Positions 28,306 to 38,148 of a DNA stretch of 64,000 bases are shown here, piece by piece. How positions within the stretch are numbered: the first letter of the stretch is position 1; the number at the start of each line of letters is the position of its first letter. Below the pieces are notes generated by a model, which did not search any database, was not told the origin of the DNA, and worked only from the letters and a program-made list of their open reading frames with translations. Source of the DNA: an uncultured archaeon (GTDB taxonomy: Archaea; Asgardarchaeota; Hermodarchaeia; Hermodarchaeales; Hermodarchaeaceae); the NCBI GenBank assembly GCA_964347045.1, contig CAYFXC010000010.1:21988-85987 (forward strand), written 5' to 3'. The translations under genes and the position numbers were made by a program.

Positions 28306-28323
28306 ATTTAGGCGAGCCTAAAT
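28306..28323. promoter_or_regulatory. candidate DtxR-type operator: palindrome ATTTAGGC-GA-GCCTAAAT adjoining a TATA-like element
   Basis: It has perfect 8-bp arms with a 2-nt spacer. On the gene strand the order is 'AAAAATTTATATTTAGGCTCGCCTAAAT', then 7 nt, then the dtxR ATG. The core 'AGCCTAA' resembles the DtxR/IdeR box half-site. Confidence 0.55.
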
Positions 28324-28362
28324 ATAAATTTTTACATATTGTTAGGGGTGCCAAAATAGTCA

Positions 28363-29274
28363 TCAAACAAAACCTAGCACCTGAGCACACATAAGAAAAT
28401 ATAACACGAATGAACCTACATCACCCCACCTATCCGTAATATCGTCTACGTCATCACGTTTTGCAGGTTTACCATTCAAATATAATTGTGATATAATCTG
28501 CCGAATACCTAAATCATCAGCGGGAAAAACTTCCAGTCTTCGAAGGCCTGTTAAAACGGCCAACTCGGCGGTCCACCTACCAATCCCTCGAAGTGCATCA
28601 AGCTGGCTGAGTATAGAATTTGTATCAAGCATACTTAGCGCTTCTAGTTTCAAAGAGCCTGAAGAAATCGCCTTAAAAAGCCCAATCAGATATGGAGCCT
28701 TATATCCAAGTTTACAAGCTCTCAATTCTGCTTCAGATAGGTTCAACAAAGTTTCCAATGAGGGAAAGCCAAACAGTTTGTCATCGCCAATATAGCATTG
28801 CGGACCATAGTCCAGCACAAGCCTCCGAGTTACTTGATTTGCTGATCGAAAACTCACCTGCTGCTGTAAAATCGCTTTCACTATAGCCTCAAACAAAGTC
28901 GGTTGACTGAAGGGTCGAAGACCACGTAGAGGTTCTTCGAGGTGCGCAATAACTGGATCCTTCATGATTTCTTTCAGTACAGGTTGAGTATCAATATCCC
29001 ACCCTAAAAGCCATTCAATTGAAGTCAAAATTGATCCATAATCACTTCCAAATTTCGCAGGCCATTGCAACTGAAGACTTGGATTCGCTCCTTTCCGAAG
29101 CTGAATAACGCGAACAGGAATCAACGCATTATTAATTGGTAGGCATCGAGCAAACTCCCCAGGTCGTTTTTTCTCTGGCGTAGGTTGAATATCAGAGAAT
29201 ACCCAACTATCCACGGTTAAATCCAAATCAAAAGGTCTTTCAAGTTCCACCTGAAACCCATGAATTTCGGACAT
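28363..29274 (-). CDS. HhH-GPD DNA glycosylase (AlkA-like DNA-3-methyladenine glycosylase II)
   Basis: The helix-hairpin-helix is 'LDALRGIGRWTAELAVL', followed by the catalytic-Asp region 'VFPADDLGIRQ'. Confidence 0.8.
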   Translation of the reverse strand: MSEIHGFQVELERPFDLDLTVDSWVFSDIQPTPEKKRPGEFARCLPINNALIPVRVIQLRKGANPSLQLQWPAKFGSDYGSILTSIEWLLGWDIDTQPVLKEIMKDPVIAHLEEPLRGLRPFSQPTLFEAIVKAILQQQVSFRSANQVTRRLVLDYGPQCYIGDDKLFGFPSLETLLNLSEAELRACKLGYKAPYLIGLFKAISSGSLKLEALSMLDTNSILSQLDALRGIGRWTAELAVLTGLRRLEVFPADDLGIRQIISQLYLNGKPAKRDDVDDITDRWGDVGSFVLYFLMCAQVLGFV

Positions 29275-29445
29275 TCATCCACCGGCTTCACTGATTGCCT
29301 GAAGACATATTTTATCTTATGCTTCTCGCTTAAAAAAATGTTAAAGCACATGTTATCAGTTGTTATAGTATGTGGAACAACAGTTCACAACACTTTTAGC
29401 CTTATAGATCCAAATAGCAATAATGTTTTTGGAAGTGAAATACAA

Positions 29446-29826
29446 ATGGCAATGCTTGGAGTTCAACGTATCATGACAGGACAAAATGTTGAAGCGAGCG
29501 ACGTGATGCACTGTTTTCTTGGATTACGTACTCTTGAAATAGACGTGTACTTCTACCTTCTTAAAGGCCAAGCTACTGTAAAAGAAGTTGCAGAAGCCCT
29601 CGGGCGTAATCGTAGTTCAATACAACGAGCCATCCAAAACCTTGTTCAACGTGGATTTGCCCATCGCCGAACTCGTACTTTGCGCAAAGGCGGATATGTA
29701 TATGTTTATGAAGCGGTCAGCTTAGTTATGATGAAGGATTTGATAAAAGGCGCCCTTGATTCATTTTATCAGCAAATCGAAGAATTTCTGGATCAATACT
29801 GGACCGAATCATCAAAAACAACCTAA
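29446..29826 (+). CDS. TrmB/MarR-like winged-helix transcriptional regulator
   Basis: The motif is 'LEIDVYFYLLKGQATVKEVAEALGRNRSSIQRAIQNLVQRGFAHRR'. The start is taken at ATG 29446, because the longer ORF from 29260 overlaps the divergent alkA-like gene start. Confidence 0.7.
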   Translation: MAMLGVQRIMTGQNVEASDVMHCFLGLRTLEIDVYFYLLKGQATVKEVAEALGRNRSSIQRAIQNLVQRGFAHRRTRTLRKGGYVYVYEAVSLVMMKDLIKGALDSFYQQIEEFLDQYWTESSKTT

Positions 29827-29944
29827 TCGGTTGTTCATTGTTGTGGCACTATCGACAACTTTATATTCAAACGACTGTACACACACTTCAAGACTGTGAA
29901 AAAGAATATATTTCCTTTTACAGCATAATAGACGGTGAAAAGAA

Positions 29945-30172
29945 ATGGCGTCAATTGGCTGCCCATTTTGTACAAAGACTGGCGTTGCTATGGTTATAAC
30001 CAGCTTAGCACTTGTTCTCCTTAGCATAACGACAACCATTCCTTGGATAGCCATCTTAGGCCTAGTCTTCCTCATTGCCGCATACATCGTCCCTAGTATA
30101 GTGAGTGGAAAAAGCTGCCATGAAGAAGGCTGTACAAACCCCTCACACAAACATGGAGAGGAAAACTCATAA
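29945..30172 (+). CDS. small two-TM protein with an N-terminal CPFC and a C-terminal CHEEGC/His-rich tail
   Basis: 75 aa. Its stop overlaps the thioredoxin start codon (TAATG at 30170-30174). Confidence 0.55.
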   Translation: MASIGCPFCTKTGVAMVITSLALVLLSITTTIPWIAILGLVFLIAAYIVPSIVSGKSCHEEGCTNPSHKHGEENS

Positions 30173-30591
30173 TGAGCGAAACTCCCGATCCTGAACTGAC
30201 CCGATTACGTGAACAAAAAATTAAGGAGTTACGAGTCAAAAGGGCAACACAATCCAAAACCCCAAACACGGCTCCAAATAAAGTACTTCACCTTTCCACC
30301 AACGATTTCGACCAAACCATCAGCAAAGGCATCACCCTAGTAGACTTCTTCGCCGTATGGTGTGGACCCTGCAAGATGATGGCCCCTGTGATTGATCAAC
30401 TTGCCCAAGAATATGCTGGGCGAGCAAAGGTGGCAAAACTTGATGTTGATCAGAATATCGAAATTGCGATGCGATACCGCGTGCAAGGCGTCCCAACATT
30501 TGGTATCTTTAAGAATGGCGTGCTGGTCCACCGTATTGTTGGTGGTGTTGGCTATCAGCCTTTGAAAGCCGCTCTTGATTCATTTCTTTAG
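30172..30591 (+). CDS. trxA: thioredoxin
   Basis: The active site 'WCGPCK' and the cis-Pro context 'GVPTF' are present. There is an N-terminal extension of ~35 aa. Confidence 0.93.
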   Translation: MSETPDPELTRLREQKIKELRVKRATQSKTPNTAPNKVLHLSTNDFDQTISKGITLVDFFAVWCGPCKMMAPVIDQLAQEYAGRAKVAKLDVDQNIEIAMRYRVQGVPTFGIFKNGVLVHRIVGGVGYQPLKAALDSFL

Positions 30592-30725
30592 GCTCTGCCA
30601 GTTAGTGAAACCTGACAGTTGACTAGACTTCGCCATTTACGGCAGTAGTAAGTTGATTGTTAGATTTTTCTTTTAAGAAAAGAAATATCATTATAAAGTA
30701 CTAGTGAGCGACTAATTTTAGAACA

Positions 30726-30823
30726 CATTCCTTCCGTGTTCAGGTGGTTCAAACTCAAGCAGCTCCGAAAATTTTTTATTGTCAATTCGGATTTTCGTGA
30801 GCTGCTGGACCACCCGAGGAATG
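30726..30823 (+). promoter_or_regulatory. 98-nt interrupted inverted repeat (four helices, 28 bp) upstream of grpE; candidate leader RNA structure or operator
   Basis: The pairings I read are CATTCCT/AGGAATG, GGTGGT/ACCACC, AGCAGCTC/GAGCTGCT and CGAAAAT/ATTTTCG, around an 18-nt loop. A TATA-like TTATAAA lies at 30691-30697. Confidence 0.5.
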
Positions 30824-30939
30824 TCTAGAGTTGCTTCATGCTGACTTCAGACTATATGGGAATCGGGTAGCAGCAGCCACATTTACCTCTGCAGCATCGA
30901 CGGTTTGTTGCAATAAAACCTGAAAGGAGAATTCGGTTA

Positions 30940-31602
30940 ATGACAGAAGACCCGCAAAAGATAAGCGAAGCACTAGAAATCGCAAAAGACAAGAAGCTAG
31001 CTGATGATCCAAACCCTAGGAAAAAAACACCAACCGAATCTAAAAAACCCAAGAAGCTAACTAAGAAGCAATTGTTGCAAGCCTTGGAAGAGGCGCAAAC
31101 AAAAGTAGCGAAATACAAAACCCAGCTCGCTTATGTGCAAGCAGAACATGAAAATTATGTAAAATCAATGGAGCGTCGAGAAGTAAATCTCAGGCTTCAA
31201 GCGAATCGCGATTTGATTCTAACACTATTACCAATTTTAGACGATTTAGAACGATCACAATTGATGGTTCCCCGAATTGAAGCGAATGACCCATTTATTG
31301 AAGGGCTTAGCATGCTAGTGGATAATCTAAAATCTGCTTTAGCACAAGCAGGCGTCACACCGATCGAATGCACGGGGGAATCCTTTGACCCCTTACGTCA
31401 TGAGGCTGTGGTACGCGAAGAATCCACGAAGGTTCCTCCGAATACTGTGGTAGAAGAATTGCGCAAAGGATATCTTCTCAAGGGATCCCTTTTACGACCT
31501 TCCATGGTTAAAATTGCGATTGCTCCTAATACACAACCACAAGCAGAGCAAAAGATTGAAGAGCCACAAGAATCTGCAAACAATGTATCAGAAAAGAAAT
31601 AA
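30940..31602 (+). CDS. grpE: nucleotide exchange factor GrpE
   Basis: It shows the '[11 protein letters not shown]' and '[12 protein letters not shown]' GrpE motifs. The SD AAAGGAGA lies upstream. Confidence 0.93.
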   Translation: MTEDPQKISEALEIAKDKKLADDPNPRKKTPTESKKPKKLTKKQLLQALEEAQTKVAKYKTQLAYVQAEHENYVKSMERREVNLRLQANRDLILTLLPILDDLERSQLMVPRIEANDPFIEGLSMLVDNLKSALAQAGVTPIECTGESFDPLRHEAVVREESTKVPPNTVVEELRKGYLLKGSLLRPSMVKIAIAPNTQPQAEQKIEEPQESANNVSEKK

Positions 31603-31634
31603 CAATCTATGATTTAGAAAGGAGAGTTGAAAAA

Positions 31635-33539
31635 ATGGTTAAAATTATTGGAATAGATTTGGGAACGAGCAACTCAGCTGCAGCTGTGATGCGAGGAGAT
31701 CGCCCTGTCATCATTCCCAGCGCTGAGGGTCCCACCGTTTCTGGGAAAGCCTTTCCCTCATATGTGGCCATCACAGATGATGGCAATCGACTTGTTGGTG
31801 AACCGGCCCGACGTCAAGCAGTAGCGAACCCTGAGGGTACAGTTACTGCTGTAAAGCGGAAAATGGGAACTCGTAAAAAGGTTAAGATTCGAGATAAAAC
31901 CTTTACACCAGAAGAGGTCTCTTCATTCATTCTTCGAAAAATAAAAACCGATGCCGAAGCGTTTCTCGGAGAACCAGTCATTCAAGCAGTTATCACTGTT
32001 CCTGCGTATTTTAATGATAACCAGCGCCAAGCGACAAAAGATGCAGGAGAACTTGCAGGTCTTGAAGTAGTTCGGCTGATCAACGAACCCACCGCTGCTT
32101 CATTAGCATATGGTATTGATAAGCTCGATAAGGATCTTCGAATCCTGGTGTTTGACCTCGGTGGTGGAACATTGGATGTGACCATCATGGAATTTGGTCC
32201 AGATCCAGAAACAGGAAGCGGGCTTTTTCAAGTAGTATCAACAGCGGGAGATACTCAACTTGGCGGAACTGACATGGATCTCGCGATTGCTGAATGGCTA
32301 GCTGATGAATTCAAAGGAGAGCATGGCATGGATCTTCATGACGATCCCACTGCTTGGCAACGGCTCATTGAAGCCGCGGAGAAAGCTAAAATTGAGCTAT
32401 CCAATGTCATTGAGACAGAAATCAACTTGCCGTATCTGACAGCTGATAAAGGTGGACCCAAACATCTCCAACGAAAAATCACGCGAGCAAAACTAGAGGA
32501 TCTTGTTCGAGATATAATTGATCGCTGTGACGGTCCTATGCGACAAGCTATCAAGGATGCCAAACTGCGACCTAACGAGGTTGATAAAATCATTCTCATT
32601 GGTGGACCTACCAGAATGCCTATTGTTCGACAATATGTCGAAAAGTTCATTGGTAAGAAAGCGGAGCGGGGCGTAGATCCAATGGAAGCAGTTGCTCTCG
32701 GTGCAGCCATTCAAGGTGGCGTAATCACGGGCGATGTCAAAGACCTGCTTCTGTTAGATGTCACTCCACTTTCGCTTGGTGTAGAAACCAAAGGAGATAT
32801 CATGACACCCATCATCGAACGCAATACGACTATTCCTGTTGAACGTAGTCAAATCTTTAGTACAGCAGCAGATATGCAAACTGTTGTAACTATCCATGTG
32901 TTACAGGGTGAACGATCTAGGGCAAGTCAAAATATTTCACTTGGCCAATTCAATCTAACAGGAATACCACCAGCACCAATGGGTGTACCACAAATTGAAG
33001 TTACCTTTGACATTGACGTCAATGGCATTCTCCATGTTAAGGCTAAAGATCTTGGGACAGGAAATGAACAGAAAATCACCATTTCCGCTTCGACCAAATT
33101 AACTGATGAACAAAAGGACCGAATGGTAGCAGACTCTGAAAAATATGAAGAAGAGGATAAGCGCTACCGCGAAGAAGTTGAAGAGCTTAACAAGGCAGAG
33201 TCATTGGTCTATTCCGCTCGGAAGACGATTAAAGAACTTGGAGACAAAATCAGTGAAGAAGATAAACAGAAGGTCGAAGAAGCAGCGAACCGGTTAGAAA
33301 AAGCGGTTCAGGAAAAGGATTTAGCAACCACTAAAAAAGAGATGGAAACACTCACCGATATTCTTCAAGGTATTGGAACCGCAGTATATCAACAAGTTGC
33401 AGAGGAACAGGCTCGGGCTCAAGCACAAGAAGGAGTTGCTGATGATTCTGATTCGGAGCCCAAGAAGAAAAAGAAGAAGAGTAAAGAGAAAGTTGTAGAC
33501 GCCGATTATGAAGTTGTGGACGACGAGGACAAGAAGTAA
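31635..33539 (+). CDS. dnaK: Hsp70 chaperone DnaK
   Basis: '[10 protein letters not shown]', 'DLGGGTLDV' and '[11 protein letters not shown]' are present. 634 aa. Confidence 0.98.
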   Translation: MVKIIGIDLGTSNSAAAVMRGDRPVIIPSAEGPTVSGKAFPSYVAITDDGNRLVGEPARRQAVANPEGTVTAVKRKMGTRKKVKIRDKTFTPEEVSSFILRKIKTDAEAFLGEPVIQAVITVPAYFNDNQRQATKDAGELAGLEVVRLINEPTAASLAYGIDKLDKDLRILVFDLGGGTLDVTIMEFGPDPETGSGLFQVVSTAGDTQLGGTDMDLAIAEWLADEFKGEHGMDLHDDPTAWQRLIEAAEKAKIELSNVIETEINLPYLTADKGGPKHLQRKITRAKLEDLVRDIIDRCDGPMRQAIKDAKLRPNEVDKIILIGGPTRMPIVRQYVEKFIGKKAERGVDPMEAVALGAAIQGGVITGDVKDLLLLDVTPLSLGVETKGDIMTPIIERNTTIPVERSQIFSTAADMQTVVTIHVLQGERSRASQNISLGQFNLTGIPPAPMGVPQIEVTFDIDVNGILHVKAKDLGTGNEQKITISASTKLTDEQKDRMVADSEKYEEEDKRYREEVEELNKAESLVYSARKTIKELGDKISEEDKQKVEEAANRLEKAVQEKDLATTKKEMETLTDILQGIGTAVYQQVAEEQARAQAQEGVADDSDSEPKKKKKKSKEKVVDADYEVVDDEDKK

Positions 33540-33639
33540 CTAAGATAATATTCTTGTATTCAGTAATTGGGCATATCGGTTGAGACAGAACAAATAAAAA
33601 CCTAGTCTAGATTCGGTTACCCAAATATGGTGAGCTAGC

Positions 33640-34752
33640 GTGAGTTATGGTAGCAATCAAAAACGAGATTATTACGAAGTGCTTGGTGTAGAACGGAAAG
33701 CTACCAAAGAAGAAATTAGAAAAGCGTATAGAAAGCTTGCACTGAAATTTCACCCAGATCGGAATAAAGAAGCTGATGCTGCAGAGAAATTCAAGGAAGT
33801 CTCTGAAGCCTATGCAATTCTTTCAGATGACGAAAAGCGGCTCCAGTATGACCAATTTGGGCATGCTGGGATTCACGGACGATATAGTGCTGAGGATATT
33901 TTTGGTGGGATTAATTTCGAAGATATTCTGCGCAGTTTTGGATTAGGTGGGAGACTTGGCGGTGTCGGTAGCATCTTCGACTTCTTAATGGGTCGAGGAG
34001 GACGAAGAACTTCACGTCGCGATCAGGCAATAGATCTGCGATATGATATGAATATTACATTAAAAGAAGCTGCGACAGGTATTGAGAAGGAAATCACGCT
34101 CAAGCGCGACGAGCAATGTCCGAAATGTGGAGGAACAGGGGGAGAACCCGGAACACCTCTAAGAACCTGTTCCCGTTGTGGTGGGCGAGGCGAGCTTCGA
34201 CAAGTCCAGCAAACCATGTTTGGACAGGTTATTCGTGTTGCTACATGTCCGGGATGTTATGGTCATGGTCAAACGGTAGAAACGCCCTGCTCTGAGTGTA
34301 GAGGAAAAAGAACCGTTCGAGAAAAACGAAATATTCGAGTCCAAATACCACCAGGAGTTGAATCAGGTTCAATGCTTAGGCTTAGGGACCAAGGAGCGTC
34401 ACAGGAAGGAGGAAAACCTGGCGACCTTTATGTTGTTGTCCATATCAAGCCTGATAAAATCTTTCAGCGTGTAGGCGACGATATCCTGATGGAATTACCC
34501 ATTTCAATAACCCAAGCTACATTAGGAACTGAACTCGAGATCCCAACTCTCCTTTCCAAAGCAAAATTAAAAATCCCTGCTGGCACCCAACCAGATACAA
34601 TTCTCCGTCTAAGAGGACAAGGCATGCCTCGTGTCCGATGGCGAGGAAATGGGGATCAATTAATTCGAATTAAGGTAGATGTTCCCAAAAAACTCAACAA
34701 ACATCAGCGAGACCTTTTGGAACAACTTGCAGATGAGCTTGACAGAGATTAG
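33640..34752 (+). CDS. dnaJ: co-chaperone DnaJ (type I: J domain, G/F region, four CxxCxGxG zinc repeats)
   Basis: It has 'DYYEVLGV...KFHPDRN' and the repeats [24 protein letters not shown] and CSECRGKR. The start is GTG. Confidence 0.97.
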   Translation: MSYGSNQKRDYYEVLGVERKATKEEIRKAYRKLALKFHPDRNKEADAAEKFKEVSEAYAILSDDEKRLQYDQFGHAGIHGRYSAEDIFGGINFEDILRSFGLGGRLGGVGSIFDFLMGRGGRRTSRRDQAIDLRYDMNITLKEAATGIEKEITLKRDEQCPKCGGTGGEPGTPLRTCSRCGGRGELRQVQQTMFGQVIRVATCPGCYGHGQTVETPCSECRGKRTVREKRNIRVQIPPGVESGSMLRLRDQGASQEGGKPGDLYVVVHIKPDKIFQRVGDDILMELPISITQATLGTELEIPTLLSKAKLKIPAGTQPDTILRLRGQGMPRVRWRGNGDQLIRIKVDVPKKLNKHQRDLLEQLADELDRD

Positions 34753-34756
34753 CTCG

Positions 34757-36169
34757 TTAATCAGCTTTGGCAACTACTTGAATATCACTGAATTGAATTG
34801 AAGGAGCTATGAGTGATCCACCTGCACCAACAAGATAGCTCCGGATATCACTTCCAACTACGTCAACCTTTTTGATGAGATCAAATGCATTGCCAGCTAG
34901 CATTAATCCATGCACTGCACCTGTAAGTTCGCCATCAATGATGCGAAAAGCAGGATTTCCAACAACGCTATAATCACCAGTTTCTTGGTTGGATGAATGA
35001 GCACCCTGTAATCCTTTGATAAGGTAGCCAGATTTAATATCGCTAAGTATATCTTCTAGTGCATGTTTTCCACCAAGGACAACCATATTCGTAGGAGCTG
35101 TATCGACAACACCTGTACGAAGATTACGCGTGGCGTTTCCAGTACTAGTTACACCATGACGTTGGGCCCAATAGTTGTTCCAGAGGAATGAACGGAGTTT
35201 TCCTTTCTCAATAATAGAAGTACTTTGTTGGGGAATCCCCTCACCATCAAAGAGTCCTGTAGCATATCCACCTTTAATGAGTCCATCATCAGTAAACGAA
35301 AGCGTTTTGGAGGCAATTATATCGTCTTTTTTATCCGCTAGTTGGGATTTTTCACGGACAACATTTTCACCTTTTATGGCTGGCATGAATGCATGAGAAA
35401 GAAGAGAACCTAGAGCACTAGCTGCAAAAACAACAGTCCCTGATTCAGTTTCCCCTTTAGCATGCTGCTTTGCAAGCAGAACATCTTTCACAGTATTATT
35501 GACAACATAATCTATGTCCAGTTGAAAATTCCGATTGACATCAACCGACCATACAGAAGGAGTCATACCTGAATCAGTTGGAGCTACTAATACTGCATAT
35601 GCATAAACACCCGTTCCACGATCTGTAGTAGAGATTCCATTAGAGTTGGCATAAGCCAACCAGCCATAGAATCCCCCAGTTCCCGCTTCGCCGATAACAA
35701 TCTTTGAATCTTTCTTCATGATGTCGCTTGTCATTTTTGTTGCTAAATCAACGAAAACACCGGGATCTTTTTCTGGAATTGAACCATCCCAAGTTCCAGT
35801 TAGTTTTGCATACTTGCCCTTTGTAGCGAAATCTTTCCAAGTTTGATCGGGAGTACTGGCCTTTGCAGCAGCAATTGCTCGTTTCACAGATTCTTCGATG
35901 GTTTCTTGCATCAGCCGATTAGTGTAAGCTGAGCCCAATTGATTATTAATTACGACGCGGATTGATGCCCCCGCTTCTTGAGATTTTATTGCTTTGTTGA
36001 TCTGCCCAAGAGCGACTTCACAGCTGATTTCGTAATTATCCTGTAATAGAATCTCGATTTGATCTACCTTATTGGAACCATATGCTAGGGCTTTTTCAGC
36101 TAGATGTAGAAGCGTTTGTTCTTTGTCTTTCATTATCTTTTCATCCTCCTTCTCAGGCTTTTCCTCCAA
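34757..36169 (-). CDS. pmbA: PmbA/TldE-family metallopeptidase subunit (TldD/PmbA family, U62)
   Basis: 470 aa, immediately downstream of tldD. It has family-typical Gly-rich C-terminal blocks. An alternative start at Met 36133 removes the 17-nt overlap. Confidence 0.85.
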   Translation of the reverse strand: MEEKPEKEDEKIMKDKEQTLLHLAEKALAYGSNKVDQIEILLQDNYEISCEVALGQINKAIKSQEAGASIRVVINNQLGSAYTNRLMQETIEESVKRAIAAAKASTPDQTWKDFATKGKYAKLTGTWDGSIPEKDPGVFVDLATKMTSDIMKKDSKIVIGEAGTGGFYGWLAYANSNGISTTDRGTGVYAYAVLVAPTDSGMTPSVWSVDVNRNFQLDIDYVVNNTVKDVLLAKQHAKGETESGTVVFAASALGSLLSHAFMPAIKGENVVREKSQLADKKDDIIASKTLSFTDDGLIKGGYATGLFDGEGIPQQSTSIIEKGKLRSFLWNNYWAQRHGVTSTGNATRNLRTGVVDTAPTNMVVLGGKHALEDILSDIKSGYLIKGLQGAHSSNQETGDYSVVGNPAFRIIDGELTGAVHGLMLAGNAFDLIKKVDVVGSDIRSYLVGAGGSLIAPSIQFSDIQVVAKAD

Positions 36170-37604
36170 ATGTTATTGGTCCACTACCAAATCGAATAAG
36201 AGGTCCACCTTCACTTATGAGAGCTTCTTGACCTTTGCCACATCGGCCTACACCATAACCAAAGGTTTCTTTTCCTACACCTTCAATTTTGAGTAACGCT
36301 TCGGTGGCAATTCCGGAAATGGACATGTTGCTTACTGAGTTGCCTAACTCGCCATTGACAATTTCAAAAGCCTCTTGAATTCCAACTTGGAAACTGGAAT
36401 TCATTTGCGCTGAACCTCCAGCAAATGAAAGACAATAATAACCGAAATCAATGCCCTCAAAGAGCTCTTCATCTAACATATCGCCGCGATCAAAGAATGT
36501 ATTTCGCATGCGAATCTGCGGCACAAAACGATAGTCTTCGGCTCTAGAGTTGCCAGATAGTGGTAATCCTGTTTTTTGGGCATATTCCCGATCTGTTAAT
36601 AATGCGTTAAAAACCCCATCTTTTATGAGATATACTCGACTTGTTGGAACTCCTTCATCGTCATATTTGGTAGTACCTAGTCCGTCCTTAATGGTTCCAT
36701 CATCAACCATTGATACAACCTTAGGGGCAACATCTTGATTCATTTTATCTGCAAAAGAGGATTGCAATGTGAGATCGGCTTCCGCAAGATGTCCAAGGGC
36801 TTCATGAGCTAATATTCCTACCACATTTGGACCGATTACACAAGGAAAACTACCAGGTTTTGGAGTAGACCCTTTTAGTTGTTTCTTAACCCGTTCAACT
36901 ATTCTTTCAGCAACCACTTCAGGCGTCTGGTTCAATTCATAGAATTCCCAACCATGTGAAGTAGAACCACATTCATCTCGTGCACCTGTGATTTTTCCAT
37001 TTTCTTTACCTGTTAATCTTACAGATTGATAAACATGCCCAAATCCCATCTCGAGTTGTGTGCCTTCATTTGTAACCAGGTATTTTGTACCAATACTATC
37101 ACGTTGACGAATCGTAATGGCTTTGATTCGAGAATCTAAGCGTTGTGTTTCTTCCCATAGTTTTGCGGCATATGCGATTTTTTCTTTAGGATCCACATCA
37201 GCAGGATTTTGTCCAACCTCGAAAGGAACGGTTTCTTTTACTGGTTTGATTTTTGCTAGTTCAATGGGGTCTTTCCGGGCTTTTCCTGCTCTGTTAGCAA
37301 GAGAATACGCATCTTTCACTGATGACCGTAAACCATCGATAGTGAGGTCGTTTGAGGATACAAAACCCCAAGTTCCACCAGCTAAAACACGAATAGCAAC
37401 ACCTTCTTCAGTGCGTTGGCTAATGCTTCGTACACGACCATCCTCAAATTGCGTATTACTAAAAATAAGGGATTCCATGCGCAATTCAACATATGTTGCA
37501 CCGAGTTTTTCTCCATAATCTGCAGCTTTTTGAAGCCTATCTATCAAGTGAATCACATCAAATCGCAAGAAGAATTTCACTTTGTCGGAGCGGATAGGAT
37601 ACAC
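36153..37604 (-). CDS. tldD: TldD-family metallopeptidase
   Basis: It carries the 'HEALGHLAEAD' HExxxH motif characteristic of TldD. 483 aa. Confidence 0.9.
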   Translation of the reverse strand: MYPIRSDKVKFFLRFDVIHLIDRLQKAADYGEKLGATYVELRMESLIFSNTQFEDGRVRSISQRTEEGVAIRVLAGGTWGFVSSNDLTIDGLRSSVKDAYSLANRAGKARKDPIELAKIKPVKETVPFEVGQNPADVDPKEKIAYAAKLWEETQRLDSRIKAITIRQRDSIGTKYLVTNEGTQLEMGFGHVYQSVRLTGKENGKITGARDECGSTSHGWEFYELNQTPEVVAERIVERVKKQLKGSTPKPGSFPCVIGPNVVGILAHEALGHLAEADLTLQSSFADKMNQDVAPKVVSMVDDGTIKDGLGTTKYDDEGVPTSRVYLIKDGVFNALLTDREYAQKTGLPLSGNSRAEDYRFVPQIRMRNTFFDRGDMLDEELFEGIDFGYYCLSFAGGSAQMNSSFQVGIQEAFEIVNGELGNSVSNMSISGIATEALLKIEGVGKETFGYGVGRCGKGQEALISEGGPLIRFGSGPITFGGKA

Positions 37605-37652
37605 ATCAGCTTATAAGGCAATTGGAATGAACAACTAGATGAGGAATAGTCG

Positions 37653-38120
37653 GTGGTAAAGGAAACTACATTCATTGTTGATGCTATGTTTGGATCTTTA
37701 GCTCGTTGGTTAAGGTTGCTAGGGTTTGATACGTTGTATTGCCCAACTCAATCCGATGATGAAATCCTCGATGAAATTAATTCAAGAATCCTAGTTACAA
37801 GGGATGGAGAACTGATTGATCGAGCTCGAAAACAAGGATTCCAAGTAGTAAACCCCGGTATTGGAGCCATAAGGGATATGCTGCAACGAATCAAACAGGA
37901 ATTGAAAATTAATTTTGTTGTAGATCCTACGCAGAGTCGATGTGCTCAATGTAATTCTCTGCTTCTTGAAAGAACACGAAGCCAAGTTCAAAACTTTGTG
38001 CCAAGTGGATCTCTTCGAAATCATGATACATTTTGGCAATGTACAAATCCTAGTTGCAAGCAGGTGTATTGGCAAGGTCGCCATTGGACCCGAATTAAAA
38101 AAACAGTAAAACAAATCTAG
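37653..38120 (+). CDS. Mut7-C RNase-domain (PIN-like) protein with a C-terminal zinc ribbon
   Basis: The N-terminus is 'FIVDAMFGSLARWLRLLGFDT' and the C-terminus is 'RCAQCNS...x33...CTNPSCKQVYWQGRHW'. Confidence 0.75.
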   Translation: MVKETTFIVDAMFGSLARWLRLLGFDTLYCPTQSDDEILDEINSRILVTRDGELIDRARKQGFQVVNPGIGAIRDMLQRIKQELKINFVVDPTQSRCAQCNSLLLERTRSQVQNFVPSGSLRNHDTFWQCTNPSCKQVYWQGRHWTRIKKTVKQI

Positions 38121-38148
38121 CTTCATAATTTGAAAAGGCAAGTTCATT

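Noticed and set aside
29260-29445. N-terminal 62-aa extension of the TrmB-like ORF
   Set aside because: It overlaps the divergent alkA-like gene start and is hydrophobic junk with no homology-like features. ATG 29446 gives a standard-length wHTH protein.
30600-30939. Looked for a CIRCE/HrcA operator (TTAGCACTC-N9-GAGTGCTAA) upstream of grpE
   Set aside because: No match is present. The inverted repeat that does exist has a different sequence and much longer spacing, and it is reported separately.
30852-31118. 88-aa minus-strand ORF across the grpE start
   Set aside because: It is antisense to grpE. It is C/F/S-rich and has no motif.
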